Assembly: GCF_000143415.4 (NCBI RefSeq)
Contig: NW_003314297.1
Location: 434,001 to 498,000 of the forward strand
DNA: 64,000 nt
From: Selaginella moellendorffii
Taxonomy: Eukaryota > Plantae > Lycopodiophyta
Reading direction: 5' to 3'
This document shows positions 49,135 to 63,036 of this stretch, one piece after another. The first letter of the stretch is position 1. Each line of letters opens with the position of its first letter. The position numbers and the translations under genes were made by a program. A model generated the notes under the pieces. That model was not told the DNA's origin, made no database searches, and saw nothing but the letters and a program-made list of their open reading frames with translations.

Positions 49135-50271
49135 TCATGGCCGTGCTGTGAAGCTGGGAGTAAATGTATAGGCCCGAACGTCTGGAAAGCGTTTTTTTGC
49201 CAAGTATGAGAGCTCCTCATCCGAGTGGCTAGAACACTCCCACTTCTTGTCCACCAGATGAAACGCTAACAGAGGATACATGCGGCTGGAGACCACAATC
49301 ACATCACCTGCTAAATGAGCCATCCAGTTTTCATTGGGACAGTCGACATCACCAAGTGGCCATTTGTCGCCAATGGTTTCTCCAAGTATTTCTCGGATGC
49401 AACCATGGTAGAGTGCCAGCCACTTATCAGGCTCCTCGCCTTTCTCCAACACGCTCAAAGCAACTCTCCGGAAACCACCCTTACTTCCCTCCCTGTGAAC
49501 CACTAAAATCCTCCGGCCTTTGTACATAAAACCCCGGATAGGCCAGCTGAAGCAGCCATCCTCTAGCTCCAGAATCCTCCCATCCCAGTCGCCTAATGGA
49601 TTCGTACGCACCAACGGACGACTCCATGCCATGGCGTCGAGGTCATAGTGGTTGTAGCCAAAATTCCATACATTGCTCGGGGATTCCCCGGCCACCCAGC
49701 TTTCCGAACCGGAATTGTACTGTAAAATGTAGGCAGTCTCCTCAGTGTCTCCCTCCTGGACGTTGAACACCGCAATCCGGTAGATCCCAGTCTCAGGATC
49801 CACATCCATCGTCTCAACTTCCTCCACCTCCTCGACACACTGGAACACCTTCCAAGCGTTTGTGAGTGGATTGCCCACAGCCAAAGAGCGTGAGCGGGGA
49901 GTGTTCTCTTTCGGCCACCCAGCAAGCGTGCCACAGACGAGCCCACTCACCGTGAAATGGCTCACAAACATTGGCGAGGGGACGCCAGGCGGGGCGAGGG
50001 GGAGGGCAGTGGGCTCGGGTGGCAGGCCAGAAAATGGACGCCATAGAAGTGCAGATTGGCGGCCAGAGGAGCGAGTCATCCGAACCACCCATGCAGTGCC
50101 AGGATGCTGCTGCTCGCGGTGGCAATCTAAAAACGAGCGGGAGGTAAGAATGCAGTACCAGGAGCGGCAAACCAGACGCATCCGGGCCACATTGTGGAGA
50201 TCCAGTCGCAGGAGGATGCTTACCAGCAGTTCATCCTCCCCCAGACGGTCGAAGGCGGAGCCCATCGCCAT
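49135..50271 (-). CDS. Single-exon F-box protein
   Basis: LGEDELLVSILLRLDLHNVARMRLVCRSW..ILTS..F, then SGLVC and VGNPLTNAWK typical of plant F-box/FBA or kelch-type proteins. Start may be 50304. Confidence 0.85.
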   Translation of the reverse strand: MAMGSAFDRLGEDELLVSILLRLDLHNVARMRLVCRSWYCILTSRSFLDCHREQQHPGTAWVVRMTRSSGRQSALLWRPFSGLPPEPTALPLAPPGVPSPMFVSHFTVSGLVCGTLAGWPKENTPRSRSLAVGNPLTNAWKVFQCVEEVEEVETMDVDPETGIYRIAVFNVQEGDTEETAYILQYNSGSESWVAGESPSNVWNFGYNHYDLDAMAWSRPLVRTNPLGDWDGRILELEDGCFSWPIRGFMYKGRRILVVHREGSKGGFRRVALSVLEKGEEPDKWLALYHGCIREILGETIGDKWPLGDVDCPNENWMAHLAGDVIVVSSRMYPLLAFHLVDKKWECSSHSDEELSYLAKKRFPDVRAYTFTPSFTARP

Positions 50272-50439
50272 ACTAAACCTGTGCCCTAACCGGGATAGGT
50301 TCATTCTATTCCTTTTTCTTTTAATGTAGTGAAAATCATTAAATGTTGCTTTACTAGATCTTAATAGCTTTTACATGATAACATGATATGTATACCATGT
50401 AAAAGTTATTAAGATCTAGCAGTTTCCAAAAGCTGGCAG

Positions 50440-50615
50440 CCAACGGGAGCGACTTGTCCGGACCACCTATGCAGTGCCAGGATGCTGCTGCCTGCTGTGG
50501 CAATCCAGAAACGAGCGAGAGGTAAGGATTGCAGTGCCAGGAGCGGCAGACCACTCGCATCCCGGCGACGCTGTGGAAATCCAGTCGCAGGAGGATCCCC
50601 ACGAGCAATGCCCGG
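50440..50615 (-). pseudogene. Fragment duplicating the F-box N-terminus
   Basis: LLVGILLRLDFHSVAGMRVVCRSW followed by a frameshift; similar to 50060-50230. Confidence 0.75.
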
Positions 50616-50719
50616 ATCGATAAAAGAAATATCCCTTTTATTTTGGTTAATTAAGCTGAAATTATAATATTAATTAAAAATAAATTATTTTCAGTTATTT
50701 ATATTCCTTGGCCAGGGAG

Positions 50720-51530
50720 GACGTCCGATCAATCCACGCTCTCTCGCCTCTCAGATCTTGGAGCTCGTGATTGTGATCCCAGGGGATTTCTCGCTCTCGG
50801 GTTGAAATCTTTCGTAAATTTGCTTCAGCTCCCGGGCTCAATCGGGGGCTGTGCATATCTTGCAGCTCGAATCGGTCGCATTCTGAAGAGGAAGCAAAGG
50901 AGAGGTGTTCTAACGCTCTGGGGCTTGAGGTTCCAAGTCCAGGTTTACTCGTCAGGGAGGCTGCTTGGCTCCTCACCTTTTGTTTACGTTGCTGCTGGCC
51001 GGAACGAGGAACGTGGAAAATGGGAGGTACGTTCTTTGGCAAATCAGGCGTGCAGCCCAACGGGACAAGCTTCGTTGAAAATCTCCAACCGTGGGGCCGA
51101 AGGACAAGCTCAAAGCAGCCACACCAACTACAAAGTTGAGGAGCTGAGCGATCCTCCTTGGAGGATTCCAGGCGTTCGAGCTTTGCTACCGTCGACGGTA
51201 GGATCCACTGGAGGGACACAGACTGTCACTAGAAGTTCGAGTGGTTTCTCTTCAATTTGGTTTTGGCTCTTTCTCTTGACAATTGTGTGGATTGGGATTG
51301 CAGGCCGGAGAGCAGCTACTGCATCTGCGGTCCTACAGTGAAGAACGCTCCACCTTTCCAGTACTCGTCCAAAACGGTTTGTGGACTACGCATCACTCAG
51401 GCACTGTACATAAGAAAAGGTTTGAGGATTTGTCTCGATCGACGGGGGTAATGGCAGCCTCCATTACCAGCTTGGCTGCGGCTAGTCAGCTGTTAATATC
51501 GAGCAGTACGATCAATGTATGGATTGTAGT
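50720..51530 (+). pseudogene. Chimeric duplicate: DUF21/CBS gene 5' leader (50720-50906) fused to VPS15 3' exons (50904-51530)
   Basis: 50720-50906 matches 52549-52816 and 50904-51530 matches 48053-48900, each with many small deletions. Confidence 0.85.
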
Positions 51531-51569
51531 TTAAACATATTAATAATATTCAACTGATTTCATTTCCCA

Positions 51570-52140
51570 ACATATTTCTTTGCTCACGCTTAATTCCAAC
51601 TGGGGTTCACATTCCAGGTTTGAGATCCATGGCCGTGCCGTGAAGCATATACGAGTGAATGTCCGGAGAAGCATTTGCTTGCAAAGTACGAGAGCTCATC
51701 GCTTCTTCTCCACCAGATGAAACGCTACCGGCCTGGAGACAACAAAAATAAGCCATCCAGCTTTCACTACGAGCGCCGATATCGCCAAGTGGCCATCTGC
51801 CACCAAGCATTTTTCGGATGCAACCATGGTAAAGTGCAAAACGCTCCTCATCCTTCTCCAAGACACTTGAAGCAATTCTTCCTTCCTTCCCTGTCAACCA
51901 ATAAAATCCGTCGTCTTCTGTACACAAAACCCCGGATATCTACAATTCTCTAGCTCTGCGTCATCCTCTAGCTCCAGAGAGCTCCCATCCCTGAATGGAT
52001 TTTCACGCACTGGAACGACACCATGTCATGGTATCGATCTCGTAGTGGTGGTAGCCAAAATTCCCTCCACAAGTCCATCCACTGGATCCACTACTCGGGG
52101 ATTCTCCCGCCACCCAGCTTCCCGAACCGGAATTATAGTA
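51570..52140 (-). pseudogene. Deleted duplicate of the F-box C-terminal half
   Basis: Matches 49090-49720 (ALYHGCIR..LG..WPLGD) with deletions. Confidence 0.8.
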
Positions 52141-52816
52141 GATTTCTTGCTCCTTGATGTGAAGGAAAAAAGGGTGAATTTTAGTTTCAATTAAGCTTAA
52201 ATTATGGCTAAATTGCTGAATATTTTAGAATATTTTACCATCTAATGGTTATTATTTATTTAGATTAATTTTATATTTATAATTTTTTAAAATTCTATCA
52301 TCTAATGGCTGATATGCAATAAGATAAATTACAAACATGCTTATAATTATAAATTTTAGTTGATCAATTGGATTAATAAGTGCAACTTTATTTTTATTTT
52401 CGGCATTACGTGGCGTTACGCTCGAGAGACAGGCACCCGTCAAACTAGCAGTGACGGCCCCTCACTAACGCATTGCAATTTTTTGCCATTTCTAAGTAGC
52501 TAGGTTTCCTGGCCTGGACGCAGCAGCAGGAATAAAAGAGGACGCTTTGTCCGATCGGTCCATCGCGCATCGCCTCTGCTATCTCGCCTCTCAGATCTTG
52601 CCGCGCTGCGCAGCGCCTGGAGCTCGTCATTGTGATCGCGGGTAGGAGCAGGGGATTTCTCGCTCTCGGGGTAAAATCTCTCGAAATCTTGCATCAGCTC
52701 GCGGGCTCAGTCGGTGGCCCTGTGTATCTTGCAGCTCGGATCGGTCGCATTGCCTCGCACCATGACGAATTTCTGACAGTAACAAAGAGGAAGCAAAGAA
52801 CAAGGCATCGAGAGGT

Positions 52817-55347
52817 ATGGCGACACACGAGCATTGCTGCGGTCCTACTTTCTGGGGATACATCGCCATCATCGTTGCTATTGTCGCGTTTGCCGGTTTG
52901 ATGTCCGGCCTCACTCTGGGTCTCATGTCTCTGGAGCTTGTGGATTTGGAGGTGTTGATCAAGTCGGGCAAGGAGAAGGATCAAAAGCACGCAGGTACTT
53001 GTCTCTGGGATTTCTTCTCTCCCTTGCTTACTCCGCTCCTCTTTACAGGGAAGATCTATCCTGTCGTCAGACGGCAACACCTTCTTCTCTGTACTCTTTT
53101 GATTTGTAATGCTCTTGCGATGGAGGTCAGTTTTTTTCCTTTTTCCCCATTCATCGTTTCTTACACAATTTGTACTTCTTTTTCAACTTCGTTTGGTGTC
53201 GCCTTTTAGGCTCTTCCAATCTTTCTAGACTCGTTGGTTCCGGCTTGGGCTGCCATTTTGATATCTGTGACACTGATTCTTTTATTTGGAGAGGTACGAT
53301 CCATCTAGTTGCTGTAGCGAGGTTTTGATTGTGTCATGTGTGTGCCACATACAGATTTTTCCTCAGGCAGTGTGCTCAAGGTATGGATTAGCTGTTGGAG
53401 CGACCATGGCTCCTTTCGTTCGTTTGCTCTTGGTCTTGTGTTTTCCGGTTGCGTATCCCATTAGTAAGGTACGTGGCTCTTTTTTGTTTTCCTTGGTGTC
53501 CGTTTGTTTTCTAGTGAATTCAGTCTGAAAGCACTGCAGCTTCTCGATGCCACACTTGGCAAGAACCATTCGGCACTGTTCCGGAGGGCGGAACTGAAAA
53601 CACTTGTTGGCTTCCACGACAAGGAGGTGAGATTTTGTGATACATGATACTCTTAAGTTGAAATTTTTGGTGTATAGGCCGGAAAAGGAGGTGAATTAAC
53701 TCACGATGAGACGACTATAATCACTGGCGCTCTGGAGCTGACCGAGAAAACTGCAAAGGTTGCGATGACACCTCTCTCCTCTACATTTTCAATTGATGTG
53801 AACGCAAAGCTTAACCAGTATGCATCTTACATGTCGAACGTCTTGTAGTTGCTGATGGCTCTTGTTTGAAAACTTTGCCAGGGAAACCATGACTGCGATT
53901 TTGACAAAAGGCCACAGTCGTGTACCTGTGTATTCTGGTAAACCAACAAATGTAATCGGCTTGGTCCTGGTATGTGCAAGCTCTTTGTCCAAGTGTCGTT
54001 TTCTGATGTAACAGCATGTGTTTCAGGTAAAAAATTTGTTGAGTATACGACCTGAAGATGAGACGCCAGTTCGAAACGTGACGATACGCAAGATTCCTAG
54101 GTAATTTCTTCACTATCCAGGTCCCGTTTTTCTAACATGGATAATGTCGTAGGGTGCCAGAGTCCTTGCCATTGTATGATATACTGAATGAGTTTCAAAA
54201 GGGACACAGTCATATGGCCGTGGTCATTAAAGATGGCGCCGAAAGTTTCAAGAAGGGGTTAGACCGTAGGCTAAGCTCGAAGAGGCTTGTGAAGAATGCC
54301 AATGGTAACGATGCTGGTTGCCTTTGAAACCAACGTAATTTTTCATAGTTTCCTTGCAGGCTTACTAACGACGCAGGCCTCGCAAAAGTTCAACGTTGCG
54401 GTGGACATAGACGGCGATCCCGGAAGCGAGCCAGTGCTTGTAAGGAAGCTCACCAAAGGCGAGTCGGTCGACCAGCGAAGACAAAACTGGCAGAGAGCCC
54501 GAACGGACGACATACTGGACGTTGGTCCCGCGCTGTCAAAGCTCTCTGCCGACGACGAGGCCGTGGGGATCATCACAATGGAGGACGTCATTGAAGAGCT
54601 CTTACAGGTAACACTTTTGAGTGCTGCAAAGATGATTAAAAGAAAAGAAGAAGAGGGGAGAGCATTCGTCAAAGTTGAGCTGTAGCTAATGCGTGCTGTC
54701 TTTTTGTTCCAGGAAGAGATATGGGACGAAACAGACGAATACGTTGACATCCACAACAAGTAAAGCTCTCCTCCATTAGCTAGTCTCCTCCTCTAGTCGA
54801 ATTTCTTAATCGTTTTCCCGTGGTTTGTCTGTGCAATGGTGGTCAGGATCAAAGTTAACATGCTACCACCCGAGGACAAGTCCCCATCCCCATCGGCACT
54901 CTCCTCAGCCTTTCCAACAGCAGCAGCCTCGCCTTTATCATCGCTCCAGCCAACGCCGAGCTTCACGTCCCCAGTCCCATCTCTCCAGCACACTCCAGCC
55001 CCCGACTCTCCCCAGAGTCCACACCTGTACGCTCCGGGGCCTACGCCCACCAAGCTCGCCTCCCCATGCACGCCACGCGAGGCCTCATCGCCAGCCTCCT
55101 CCTTTGCAAACTTACCGCCGCATGGCTCCCCTGGGAGAATGACACCACTGCCAAGATCACCCGCCTCTAGGAATCGACACAACCACCAGCAGCAGCAGCA
55201 GGAGCTCAAAAGCGATGAAACTAGTCCACAGCGATCCACAGTTAAGTGTGCTGGATTCTCTCTTTTGGCTCTTTCTCATCCATTTTTTCTTCGCAGGGGT
55301 CCCCACTCTCTTACGTGAAACTCGATAAGAATCCGGGGACCGATTAA
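52817..55347 (+). CDS. DUF21 + CBS domain protein (CNNM/CBSDUF-like), multi-exon
   Basis: [103 protein letters not shown], then a Pro/Ser-rich tail. Stop inferred after intron 55241-55296. Confidence 0.93.
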
Positions 55348-55720
55348 CTAAGTTATCAACACAGGAGAGAGGAAGGAAAACAGCACTATCCTAGAGGTAC
55401 CTTTCCCGAAAGCGGCCCAAAAGCTTGTTTGTTGTCCATTATCCTTTCGCGTTGTTGTAAACTAGTATATAGTCGCCTTCGCCTGGAAACATCCAGAAGA
55501 AAGAGGAAGATATATATATATATCTTGTATCGGGTCAAGAGAAAAGAGAGAAAAAAAAAAGACCAGACAAAAGAAATGATATTTCAAATATAAAGCGAGA
55601 GCTTTATTTACTTTTAGCAACCGCGATACTTACAATTTAATAGAATACAACAAAAACTCGTTAGCCAGGATACAACAAGAAAAAAAAATGAAAGAAAAGA
55701 AAACCATAGGATCGATAATA

Positions 55721-57759
55721 TCAATCCTTCTTGCCATGCTTACTTCCCTTCTTGCAGTTGGAGATTTTGTAGTAAACCGACATGAAAGCCGACTCCGCTC
55801 CATATCTGCAAGGAACAGAAGAGAAAGAAACGATTTTAGCCCGTATGAGAAGACAAGAACGAAGATATATGGAAGAGAACGAACTTGTTGCGGACCGCGT
55901 TGTACAGCGACGGATCAAACATCTGCCAAAACTCCCCCTCCGACTGCTCAACCTCCGCATAGAGGCACTGATACGACCGGTTGTCTCGTAGCCACTTCTC
56001 CATGTTCTTGGTGGCCTGGACGCCATCCCACACCTCGCATCTCAGCACGGGCCCGGGCACGCCCCAGATGCCAACATCCGTCCACATCTGCGCGTAGTCC
56101 GTATCCCCTGGTTGTTTGTTGCTGCTGAATCCAGGCTCGCAGTCGAGCATGGTGCCCATCTCCGTCTTAAACAGCCGGTGGGGACAAAGCCATAGCGGAT
56201 AAGTCTGCAGCCAAAGCCAGCCAAGAAACCAGACCGGTGAGAAGAAAAAGACCAGACTAAATGGACATGACCGGTGAGAAGAAAAAGACCAGACTAAATG
56301 GACATGACCAGCCAACAAACTCAAGCTCGAGAAAAGAATCCAATCTGACACGCACCTCAAAGTTCTCGTGACAAAACTCCAGGCAGGCAGCGAGCTTGTG
56401 ATTCGGTACTAGCATGTCCTGGCAGGCATGACGCTGGATGTAATATTTTCGAATCCCGTCCGTTTGCGTCAGCTTTAGCAGGCTCACCTGTGAAGCAGTA
56501 AACAACAGAGAAAGAAAAAGGAGCTGATAACGCTGACGAAGAAAAACGATAGGAGGAAGGAAAAACTCGTCCAGTACCTTTGGAGGCATGAGCCAGCCGA
56601 GTAAGAGCCTGAAGAGCGGGTGATTCCCCATGGGAACAATGAGACCGCCCTCCCAATACAAGGAGCGAGTGTGCCGGTGGTAGTACGAGCGCACAGGCAC
56701 ATACTCCACAAACGTACCCCGCTCCAGAGCGCTCTGCGCGTGGATATGGAACCACGGCTTCCACCACCACCCGAAATCGTTGATCACATTCCCCTTCCTC
56801 GCCGCTTCTTCCCTGGTGGCATATCTCCCAGTTGTAATCACTGCTGTGGATCCCGAGTATACGATCCCTTCCACAAAATCAGGAACCTGGACCATCGCCT
56901 TTTTACACTCGAAAAGAGGAAGAAAGAAAAAAGAACGTACCTTCTCGGGATTGTCTTGATCGAGATCCCGTGGACAGAACAAATCCTCGTACACCTCCGC
57001 GATCTTGGCGAGGCTACCAACAACCGGGGTGTAAGTCACCTTCATGAACTCCTTGACGGGAATGAGCCGGATCTCCACTCCAACCAGCAGCCCAATGGAT
57101 CCATGCGACCATGGCACCGCTTTGTAGAGATCCGAGAACTCGTTGTCAGCGGTGGCGCGGACCACCCTCCCGTCCGCCAGGACCAGCTCGAAAGCGCTGC
57201 AAGTCTCGGCAAACAATCCATAGATGTGGCTGCTGCCCTCGATCCCATACCCGTTGATGACGCCGCCAATGGTGAGGTCGTCCAGCTCGGGGAGAACCTC
57301 CGGCGCCACGCCAAACGGGAGCGTGGCGGCGCTGAGCTGCGACATTGTCACCATGGGCTCGCACTTGATGAGCAGGCGGCGGCGATCGATCCACACCACG
57401 TTGCGCAGCTCGCCCAGATCCACCTCGTAGCGCGCGCCGCGCTTGTGCTCGGCGTTGCGCAGCGCCACTCCCAGCCACGGCCGCCGCGCCGTGCACACGA
57501 GCCCGTCGCGCTGGGGGTCGCGCTGCTTGACGCGCCGCCGGACGCGCTCCACGGCCGCTCGGTGCGATTCCTCCGACGGCAGGCCATGGAGCAGCGTCCA
57601 GATCGTGGGCAGCCACCGCACAAGCTGGTAGAAGAGGAAGGAGAGCGGCAGGATGACCGGAATCACGACGATCCACCGGAACTGGATGAGGAAATCCGCA
57701 ATGGAGGGCGCCCGCTTCTCCCTGGCCCTCTTGTCCTCGCCCCGCCGCTGCTGATCCAT
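55721..57759 (-). CDS. DWF1: Delta24-sterol reductase (DIMINUTO/DWARF1, DHCR24 family)
   Basis: IQFRWIVVIPVILPLS, DGLVCTAR.PW, PELDDLTIGGVINGYGIEGSSHIYGLF, PWSHGSIGLLV, KPWF, YYHRHTRSLYWEG, YPLWLCPHRLFK, GAESAFMSVYYK; introns present. Confidence 0.96.
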
Positions 57760-58152
57760 GGCGCTCGGAAAGAATCGATCCAAGCCGCCAGGGATCGATC
57801 GCCCCCTCTAGAGCGTCCACCAAACCCTAGAGCGCAATGCGCTACAAAGAAGAGAAGCAAAGAAGAACAATGGTATTCAAACAAAATCCCTCGCCACCCT
57901 TCATGTCCAACGATAAGTATATTCCTTCACATTCAATCTTGGCCGTCGGATCATTCACCTCGACAAAAGCATAATCCTCAACCTAAGAGAATATTTTCTC
58001 AATCGCAGCTGTTGGATTATTCATTATTTCTCCCAAAATATATATATGTACAAATATAAATGTGAATCAACCATCAAACAAAAGCTATCTATCCTCGATC
58101 AGTTCCCCGCCGTCCGATCCCCGCCCAGCGAAAAGAAGGAAAGAATCTGTTT

Positions 58153-60681
58153 CTATAGCGTAGTTTTGCTCGGCCTCGAGAGGCTGCTCGAGATCCCCGC
58201 CGACTTAAACTTGGAGCTCAGGCCTTGCAAATCGACCAGGTCCTCAAACAGCTTGTCCGCCGGATTGGATGGCTTGGAAGTTCCACTCCCTGTTGTTCCT
58301 GGCGATGGACTCCCAGTCGCGCTCGAGCCCGCCGGAACGAGAGCCAGGTGATTGAAATTCATACCTGGCTGCTGCTGCTGCGAGTAGGCCATGCCGTTTT
58401 GGTAGTATGAGCTCGCTCCATACTGATAGTTATACTGGTCCGCGTAAGGATACTGCTGAGCGTAAGGACTGTAACCCGAGGATCCACCATAGTAGCCAGC
58501 ACCAGCACCACCACCGGAGCCACCGGAGTTATACAATTGCATTTGCTGCTGGGACACCCAGGGAGCTGGAGTTGGCTGCGACGGAGCTTGCGAGCCTTGG
58601 ACGCCACCATAGATGAGAGCTTGCTGCTGGGGGCTCAGCTGTTCTTTTGGGAGAGCCCAGGGGGCAACGTAACTCTGGGGACTGCTCGCGTCGTTGCTGC
58701 CCGGGTTGTAAGCACCGCTCGTCGCGGTGTAGCCACTGTTGGGGTTGGTCGAGTTGTAAGGACTGCTCGTCGCGTTGTAGCCACTGTTGGTCGTGCCGTA
58801 GGGACTGCTCGGATTGTTGTTGTAAGCTGGTGCTCCTCCCGCTGCCTGTTGATACTGGGGAAATGCAAATCCCTGCGAAGAACTTCCACCACCATTGGCA
58901 AACTGCTGCTGCTGCTGCATAGAGCTGTATTGAGGAGGACTCGAGTATGACCCCGAGCTCGGGGGCTGACTGGCGAAAGATGTCCCGTTTGGAATCTGTT
59001 GTGCTTGAGAAAAGGACGGTTGAGTCTGCGGCTGCTGTGTCGCGTGAAATGCCGGACCAAACGGATTTCCGGCCGAAAGATCGGGTTGCGATACGGGAGA
59101 GCCTGATTGTAAAACGGACGGAGGCGTAGCGGGAGTAGCAGGAGCTGCCGAAGAACTCCCCACCAGGTTTTCTCCACTGAGAAGGTCTATAAGGTCTGCT
59201 GCCTTTTGCGGGGTACTTGGCTCTTTCTTCGGTGTTGGCGGAGCGGGCAGCGCGAGTTGCACGAAAGGATCACTTGGCTCGGTCGGTTGAGCAGGCTTGG
59301 ATGATCTGGACAAGCAAGGAGATTGAAGATATTCACATGAACTTTATGACTTACCTGCGAGATAACTGAGCAAAATCATCTTCAGGTTCTTGTTTAACTG
59401 GAGTTTTGTTTTGAGACGCCCCCACCACCGAAGACGGAAGTGGCTCCTTGGGTAAGGCCTTCCCTGCTGCAATAGCATCGTGCTTTTCCAAGACCTTTTG
59501 TAAATCGTCATTTAGTCCCAATCCTTGACGGAGTAATTCTTCGTCACTGAATACGCAATCAACGTAAGTTCCTGAAAATGAAGATAAGATTCTTACGATG
59601 TATTATTCACAAGATGCATGACCCGTTGCTGCGTCGAGCGGCACTGCTCCACCAGCTCCACTATGAGCTCATCCTTAATAGCCTAAAAGATTTTGCAAAA
59701 GAATAAATGTTAAAAGCTACATTCTATACAGTGCTTGCCTGCTTGTCACGGGGGTTGACAGCATTTAGCATCTCCAATAGAACCTCCACTCTTCCACGAG
59801 CGGTGTCAATATCAGTCAAGCTGCCAAAAATTGGTAAAGTTCCGAAACACTCAAAACATATCCAAGCGTCTACCTGAGACCAGGCATGTCGTTGTTCATC
59901 AGTGATTCGAGTCTTGCAGGCATATGAGCAGGCGAGCCATAGCCTGGTGACGGCTGAACAGGATGCGTTTGAGGCGGAGTAAAAATTGGTGCATCTCGTT
60001 CGGCAGGACGATCGGGAAATTCAACACCCATCCTCTGAAAAAGACATTCGAGTTCATATTACTTTTAGGAAGGCAAGAACTTACCCTCAGCTCTTCAAAA
60101 GCCATATAGTATTGTGGATATCTTCCCCGCGAGCCTCCGAATGCCTCTTGCCATGAGCTCAACAACACAAGAATTTTGTCCCTTACATGCATGTCCGTCT
60201 GTCCGAGATACTCCACACGTAAGTAAAAACGTTACAATCCCAGACAAGTAGCCGAGCACCTTTCTCTTGACGATCTTCACCATTTCGTGCAAAACATCCT
60301 TTTCAGCTACTTGTTGGTGGACTGCCACGCCACAGTTTTTCACAATGGTCTCCAGCACCTGCGAGAAAAGAAGAGTTCAAAAAGAAATCAAAGAATAGCT
60401 TTAAGCAAAGGAAGAGAAAAACGAAAACACTCACTGTTAATGCTAGAAGCTGGACTTTGGGGCTGCGATTTCCCAAACGCTTCTTGATCGCCTTGACAAC
60501 GTCCTTGGCCTGCCTGGAAAAAGTTTTTTTCCAATTGAATCGTGTGAGCTCGAGCTGGTTTTTACTTCCTGGAGCAAACTTACCCAGGATCGTGGTTGAG
60601 GATATCACATATCTCCATGTTCATGGCCCAATCGGGTCCTATGAGCATGTCGCTCGTCGCCTTATCGACCAAAGACGCCAT
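58153..60681 (-). CDS. TOM1-like (TOL) VHS-GAT domain protein, multi-exon
   Basis: [53 protein letters not shown] domain [29 protein letters not shown]-terminal [10 protein letters not shown]. Confidence 0.93.
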
Positions 60682-61465
60682 AGCTACAACCCCTAGTCCA
60701 ATCGAAGCTCAAACTCTAGCTACCCAAAACGACATCACAAATTCTCACTCGGACTGGTCAACTGGCCCCTTCCAAAAGACAAAGAAGAGTCTCTCTCCCG
60801 GTTAATCGCGCTACAGTAGCTCCTGATTTCCACTCTCCTCTCTCCCCAGATGAGGGGAAAACACACGAGGAAGAAAAAACGCGTCTACCTATCGATCGAC
60901 TCCAGCTCCAGCGGCGACGAGAATCCAGCGATTTCGCGGAGGAATTGAGCTGATCAGAGCTGCGCCATAGCCCCGCGGCCGCCCATCAAACCCTAAACCT
61001 GCGAGGCTCATTGGTTAATCCGCCCGGTTAACTTGCAGCCTTTTGACGTGGCAAAGTGCATTGAACTATCCAACGGCGGGTGCGTGTGCCACGTCATCAG
61101 CTGCTGCCCGGGGGATTCGAACCCAGCGCCTGCCCCAGGCGATGCCGAGAATATGCTCGCGTCTGAACCAGGTAGTTACTGGCACTACACTGGAAGACGA
61201 AGCGTTTGAACCAACGTTTGTATAATCCTGGCTAGTTAAATCAAGCTAAAAATCTCTCAACGATCATCGAATTCTCTTAAGCGTACGGAGAAAATTAGGG
61301 CTAGTACGAATATTCTCCTTTCGCTTAAGAAACTGACGTGGATTTGCTTGCGTCTGTTTCTTTGCTTTTCAAAATGGTTCCCATTCTAGGGTTTGATGCG
61401 CGGATGGGGCGTGGGAGCGTCCGGCAATCAATCGCCACCGGGAGTGGAAGCTGCGCCGCCTCGCC

Positions 61466-63036
61466 ATGGTGCTGAGAAGCTGCGCGCCTAGCTGCTGCCA
61501 CAGGTATGCCCTACACGTCGCCCGCCGGAGGAAGCACTCAATGGTAGCCTCGGCGTCGCTGCGAAGAGCTTCTCTCGCGCTGCCCATCCATTTGCCGCCG
61601 CTGCCGCCGCCGCCGCCGCCCTCTTGCTCCACACCGCCACCGCTCGTGGATGTAGGGGATTACTTGGAGTTTTGGGATCACGTCATGTCGGGTGCTCTTC
61701 GCAAATCCTTGAGGAAGGTACTCCGCAAGAAGAAGTTGACGACTCCTACGGCGCTGTGGTGTGCTCCTCCCGCCCTCTACGTTGATCGGGGCCCTTCCTC
61801 TTCGTCTCCTTCCTTCTCTCTAGCGGAGTTTAGCTTGCAAGCGGCCAGGAACAGCACAAGTAGGCAGCGACTGAATTGGAACCCATTGTCTCTCCGGTGT
61901 CGGCAGCTCAGTGTTCGTCACAACACGCAGCCAGCGCAGACGCCACCCACGTCTCCTTCGAATCCGTCTAGCTCACTGCTCCTCACGTCATCCGTGGCGC
62001 CACCCACAGTGCCCGCTTCCTCCAATGCGCGAAGAGCTTTCCTCGTCGATACTCTCGCGGTGGTACGTGAAACTTATGGGATTTCTTCTCTCGCTTTTCT
62101 AACTCTAGCTTCTCCCATTTTCTCCTAGATGCGAAGGCTCGAAGCTCAAGAGCTCAACCAGAGGCAAGCTGAGGCTATCACCGCCGTTGTGACTTCCGTG
62201 TTGAATGATAGCCTGGAGAGCGTAGCACACTCGTACACGTCCAAGACCGACATGCAAAAGGTGTGTATGGACTAGTTCTTGCTCGTATAGCTCTGACTTT
62301 GTTTGCGTGTCTCTGAAACACAGTGTGAGATGATGCATGACGCGTCGCTTTCCAAGTTCAAGGCTGAAATGCAGAGTTCTTTGGTACGTCAGTAAACAGC
62401 TACTGTGACGGTTTTTTAAGCTTCGTTTCATATGATGCGTACAGGAGCACCACTTTGCTACCTTGCAGCGTGAATCGGAGAGGCTCCGGACGGACATGGA
62501 GAAAATGAGAAGCGAGTTGAGGTAGTAGACAGATTCGCGTTTTTGATCGAGCTCTCATGCTCGTGATGCAGATACGAAATAGACAAGGTACAGGCAAACC
62601 AACGCCTTGATTTGAACCTGGAAAGGGGGTAAGGTATCTATTGTTGTAGGAAAACTCCAGGTTTCTCTAGCGATATAACAGCGATATAAACCTGTATGAC
62701 TTGTGCTCGGTGTGTGTGACACAGGCATATAAGGGACGAGTTGAACAAGCAGCAGGCTGAAACATCAAATTTAACCAACAAACTAGACCGGGTGAGTATT
62801 TTTTGTTTCTCTTAAAACGAGTCACAGGGACAGAAAACTGATAGAGGATGTATACAGGAGATTCACGGTCTCAAAACTCAATTGGAAGCAGGAAAGTACG
62901 AAGTAATCAAGTACTGCATAGGTAAGCCAGCGGATCTTGCTATTTGTACGGTGGATTCATGTTCGTGCTTGTGGTTGCAGGAACAATTGTGTCTATTACC
63001 GCTGTTGGCCTTGGTTTACTGCGGATTATAATGTGA
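61466..63036 (+). CDS. FMP32/CCDC90 (DUF1640) mitochondrial coiled-coil protein, multi-exon; start uncertain (61466 or 61685)
   Basis: RRAFLVDTLA..RRLEAQ..QAEAIT, EHHFATLQRESERLRTD, YEIDKV...RLDLNLERG, EIHGLKTQLEAGKYEVIKYCIGTIVS. Confidence 0.9.

Noticed and set aside
56620-58059. 479-aa plus-strand ORF
   Set aside because: Antisense shadow of the GC-rich DWF1 coding sequence.
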